A DNA stretch of 64,000 bases, taken from NCBI GenBank assembly GCA_963782055.1, contig CAWAIF010000003.1, forward strand, positions 4,448,001 through 4,512,000, given 5' to 3'. Source of the DNA: an uncultured delta proteobacterium. GTDB taxonomy: Bacteria; Myxococcota_A; Polyangia; Polyangiales; Polyangiaceae. Shown here piece by piece: positions 62,166 through 64,000 of this stretch (its first letter is position 1; each line of letters opens with the position of its first letter). The notes below the pieces were generated by a model, which saw nothing but the letters and a program-made list of their open reading frames with translations, had not been told where the DNA came from and searched no databases. The position numbers and the translations under genes were made by a program.

Positions 62166-64000
62166 TCAGCCGAGCGTCGCGGCGTCGCGGACGAGCTCGC
62201 TCGCCACGCGCGGGTCGAGATCGCCGAACGTCACGTCGCGGAGCTCCAGCTCGCCCACCGTCTGCTCCGGCCTCGCCTTGATCGCGCCGATGGTGAGCCC
62301 CGGCGTGATGCCGAGGCGCGCCGACGCGCCGGCGGCGCCGAAGCGGTCGAGCGGGAAGGCGAGCGTCTTGACCGTGCCGCCGTCCGGAGGCGTGCGGATC
62401 CAGCCGCGCCCCGTGAGCAGCTCGTCGACCGCCGCCCACGGCACCTTGCGGCCGACCGCATCCGTGTATTTTGCACCTTTCGGCCGAAACGTCTCGCGCC
62501 CGAGCTGGGCGAACGGCTGGAGGATCTCGTAGTCGTCGAAGACGCGCGCCATCTTCGCCCACTTGTCGGGATCCTGGTCGAGGGCGTGCGCGATGCGCAC
62601 CTCGGTCGCGCCGTCGATCGACACGGTCACGTCGTCCTCGTTCGCGAACGTCCCGTCCTCGGCAACGCGCACGAGCTCGCCGTCGACCCGCCACACGATG
62701 CGCGGCGCGAGGTGGTGGAGCAGCGGGTGGCGCACCACCTCGCGGAGCCACGCCTCGCGCTCCCAGGCGCGCGCCTCGCGCATGGCGCGCTCGAGGCGGA
62801 GGATCTGCGTGCGCGCGACGTGGGAGAGATCCTCGGCGAGCGTCGCGAAGCGCGCCGCGGCGGCCTTCGCCTTCTCGCGATCGTCCGACTTCACCGGCTT
62901 GGGTGGCGCCGCCTTGCGCTCGCCGTCCACGATCACGTGGGCCGCGAGCTGCTCGTCGAGCTTCACCTCGAAGGTGCGCGCGCCGTAGTCGAGCACGATC
63001 GGCCCCAGATCGAGGCCGAGCTCCGGTACGAGGATGTCCTCGAGCTCGGCGTACTCGACGCCGCGCTGCGCGGCGACCTGCTCGAGGATCTGCCGCGCGC
63101 GCTGCTGGGTGTCGGCGAACTTCGCCGCGAGCCCGCGCTCGTAGAGGAGCGACAGGGCGACGTCGGTGCCGATGAGCGCGAGCACGTCGAGCGACTTCTG
63201 CATCAGCGCGACGCTCACCTGCACCCACTTGCGGGCCGCGGTGTCGATCTTGCGCGCGACCTCGTCGGAGCCGAGGTGGCCCGCGGCGAAGAGCGCCCAG
63301 TCGTGGCGCGCATGCCCGCCGGTGAGGACGTAGTCGGAGACGAGCGCCCAGACGAAGGTGTCGAGCGAGTCCTGCGTGCAGGCGGCCTTGATCTCGCTGA
63401 CGACGGCGTGGCCGTGGTCCTTCGGGAGCACCGAGAGGACGGCGAGCAAGTTCGCGACCGCCGCCTCGGGCAGCGCGGCGCCGCTCTTCGCGAGCACGGG
63501 CGCGGGCAGGGCCGACGCCCTCGCGAACGGCGGCATCTTGCCGGGCGCGGGCAGGGCGTCGTCGGGCTCCAGCAGCTTCGGGTCGATGCCGAGCGACCTC
63601 GCGACGGCGGCGACCGCGCCGACCTTCCCGGCGTCGGCGACAACGGCGATCCCCGCGCGCCCCGCGCGCCTGAGCTTCGTGTCCTTACCGACGGCCGCGG
63701 GCACGAGCCCCTTCGCGGCGAGGTCGGCGTGCTCGATCAAGAACGCCCGGACCTCCGGGGCCTCCTTCGTCCGAGCGAGCAGGGACGCCAGCGCGACCGC
63801 GCCACGCGGCGAGAGCACGTGGGTGAAGAACCCGACGTTGAGCGCGGGCTCCCGCGCGGCGGCTTCGATCACCACCGGCGCCGCCTCCGGGCCGAGGTCC
63901 GCCAAGAGGCCTTCGAGGTACTCGTTGCGGATCTTGGGGTAGTAGCCCGACTCCAGGTGCGCCTTCAGGCTCGCGACGTTCCGGAATCGCGTCCAGAGAG
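62166..64000 (-). CDS. DUF4132-domain protein, 5' part outside the window
   Basis: 'LEDILVPELGL', 'LDYGARTF', 'RLERAM', 'HPLLHHLA', 'DYEILQPFAQLGRE'. Confidence 0.8.
   Translation of the reverse strand, partial: LWTRFRNVASLKAHLESGYYPKIRNEYLEGLLADLGPEAAPVVIEAAAREPALNVGFFTHVLSPRGAVALASLLARTKEAPEVRAFLIEHADLAAKGLVPAAVGKDTKLRRAGRAGIAVVADAGKVGAVAAVARSLGIDPKLLEPDDALPAPGKMPPFARASALPAPVLAKSGAALPEAAVANLLAVLSVLPKDHGHAVVSEIKAACTQDSLDTFVWALVSDYVLTGGHARHDWALFAAGHLGSDEVARKIDTAARKWVQVSVALMQKSLDVLALIGTDVALSLLYERGLAAKFADTQQRARQILEQVAAQRGVEYAELEDILVPELGLDLGPIVLDYGARTFEVKLDEQLAAHVIVDGERKAAPPKPVKSDDREKAKAAAARFATLAEDLSHVARTQILRLERAMREARAWEREAWLREVVRHPLLHHLAPRIVWRVDGELVRVAEDGTFANEDDVTVSIDGATEVRIAHALDQDPDKWAKMARVFDDYEILQPFAQLGRETFRPKGAKYTDAVGRKVPWAAVDELLTGRGWIRTPPDGGTVKTLAFPLDRFGAAGASARLGITPGLTIGAIKARPEQTVGELELRDVTFGDLDPRVASELVRDAATLG

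Overview
High-GC (about 70% by eye) bacterial DNA whose gene content points to a myxobacterium of the Polyangiaceae type (inferred from 'DAG'-linker lipoproteins, Ser/Thr kinases and a sigma54 two-component system). The left ~41 kb is a mosaic of short unrelated gene modules and gene fragments. It includes an IS66-type element, a nested stack (ExeA-type transposon remnant, then IS4, then a group II intron), and IS21, ISL3, RHS and DUF559 fragments. The right ~23 kb holds larger, mostly intact genes: kinase-AAA-TPR, WGR/SMI1/ankyrin proteins, a TolC-MFP-RND-USP operon with a divergent sigma54 HK/RR pair, and a DUF4132 protein. The main observation is a dispersed 98-bp element present in at least 12 full or partial copies, all at module boundaries. 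Consensus: CCCTGGTCCGTCCTTCCAGTGAGACCGGACGGCCCC [ACTTCGCATAA-N6-TTTCGTAAACT] TTCGCGCCCGACCGCGCTAGGATTTCCTATGCGC. Its 28-bp core has the 11-6-11 layout of an XerC/XerD dif site and resembles one in sequence, and six consecutive copies alternate in orientation. I infer a chromosomal array of dif-like-site-bounded gene modules, possibly a Xer-type cassette system. This is a hypothesis. All alignments and protein family calls were made by eye, without database searches.
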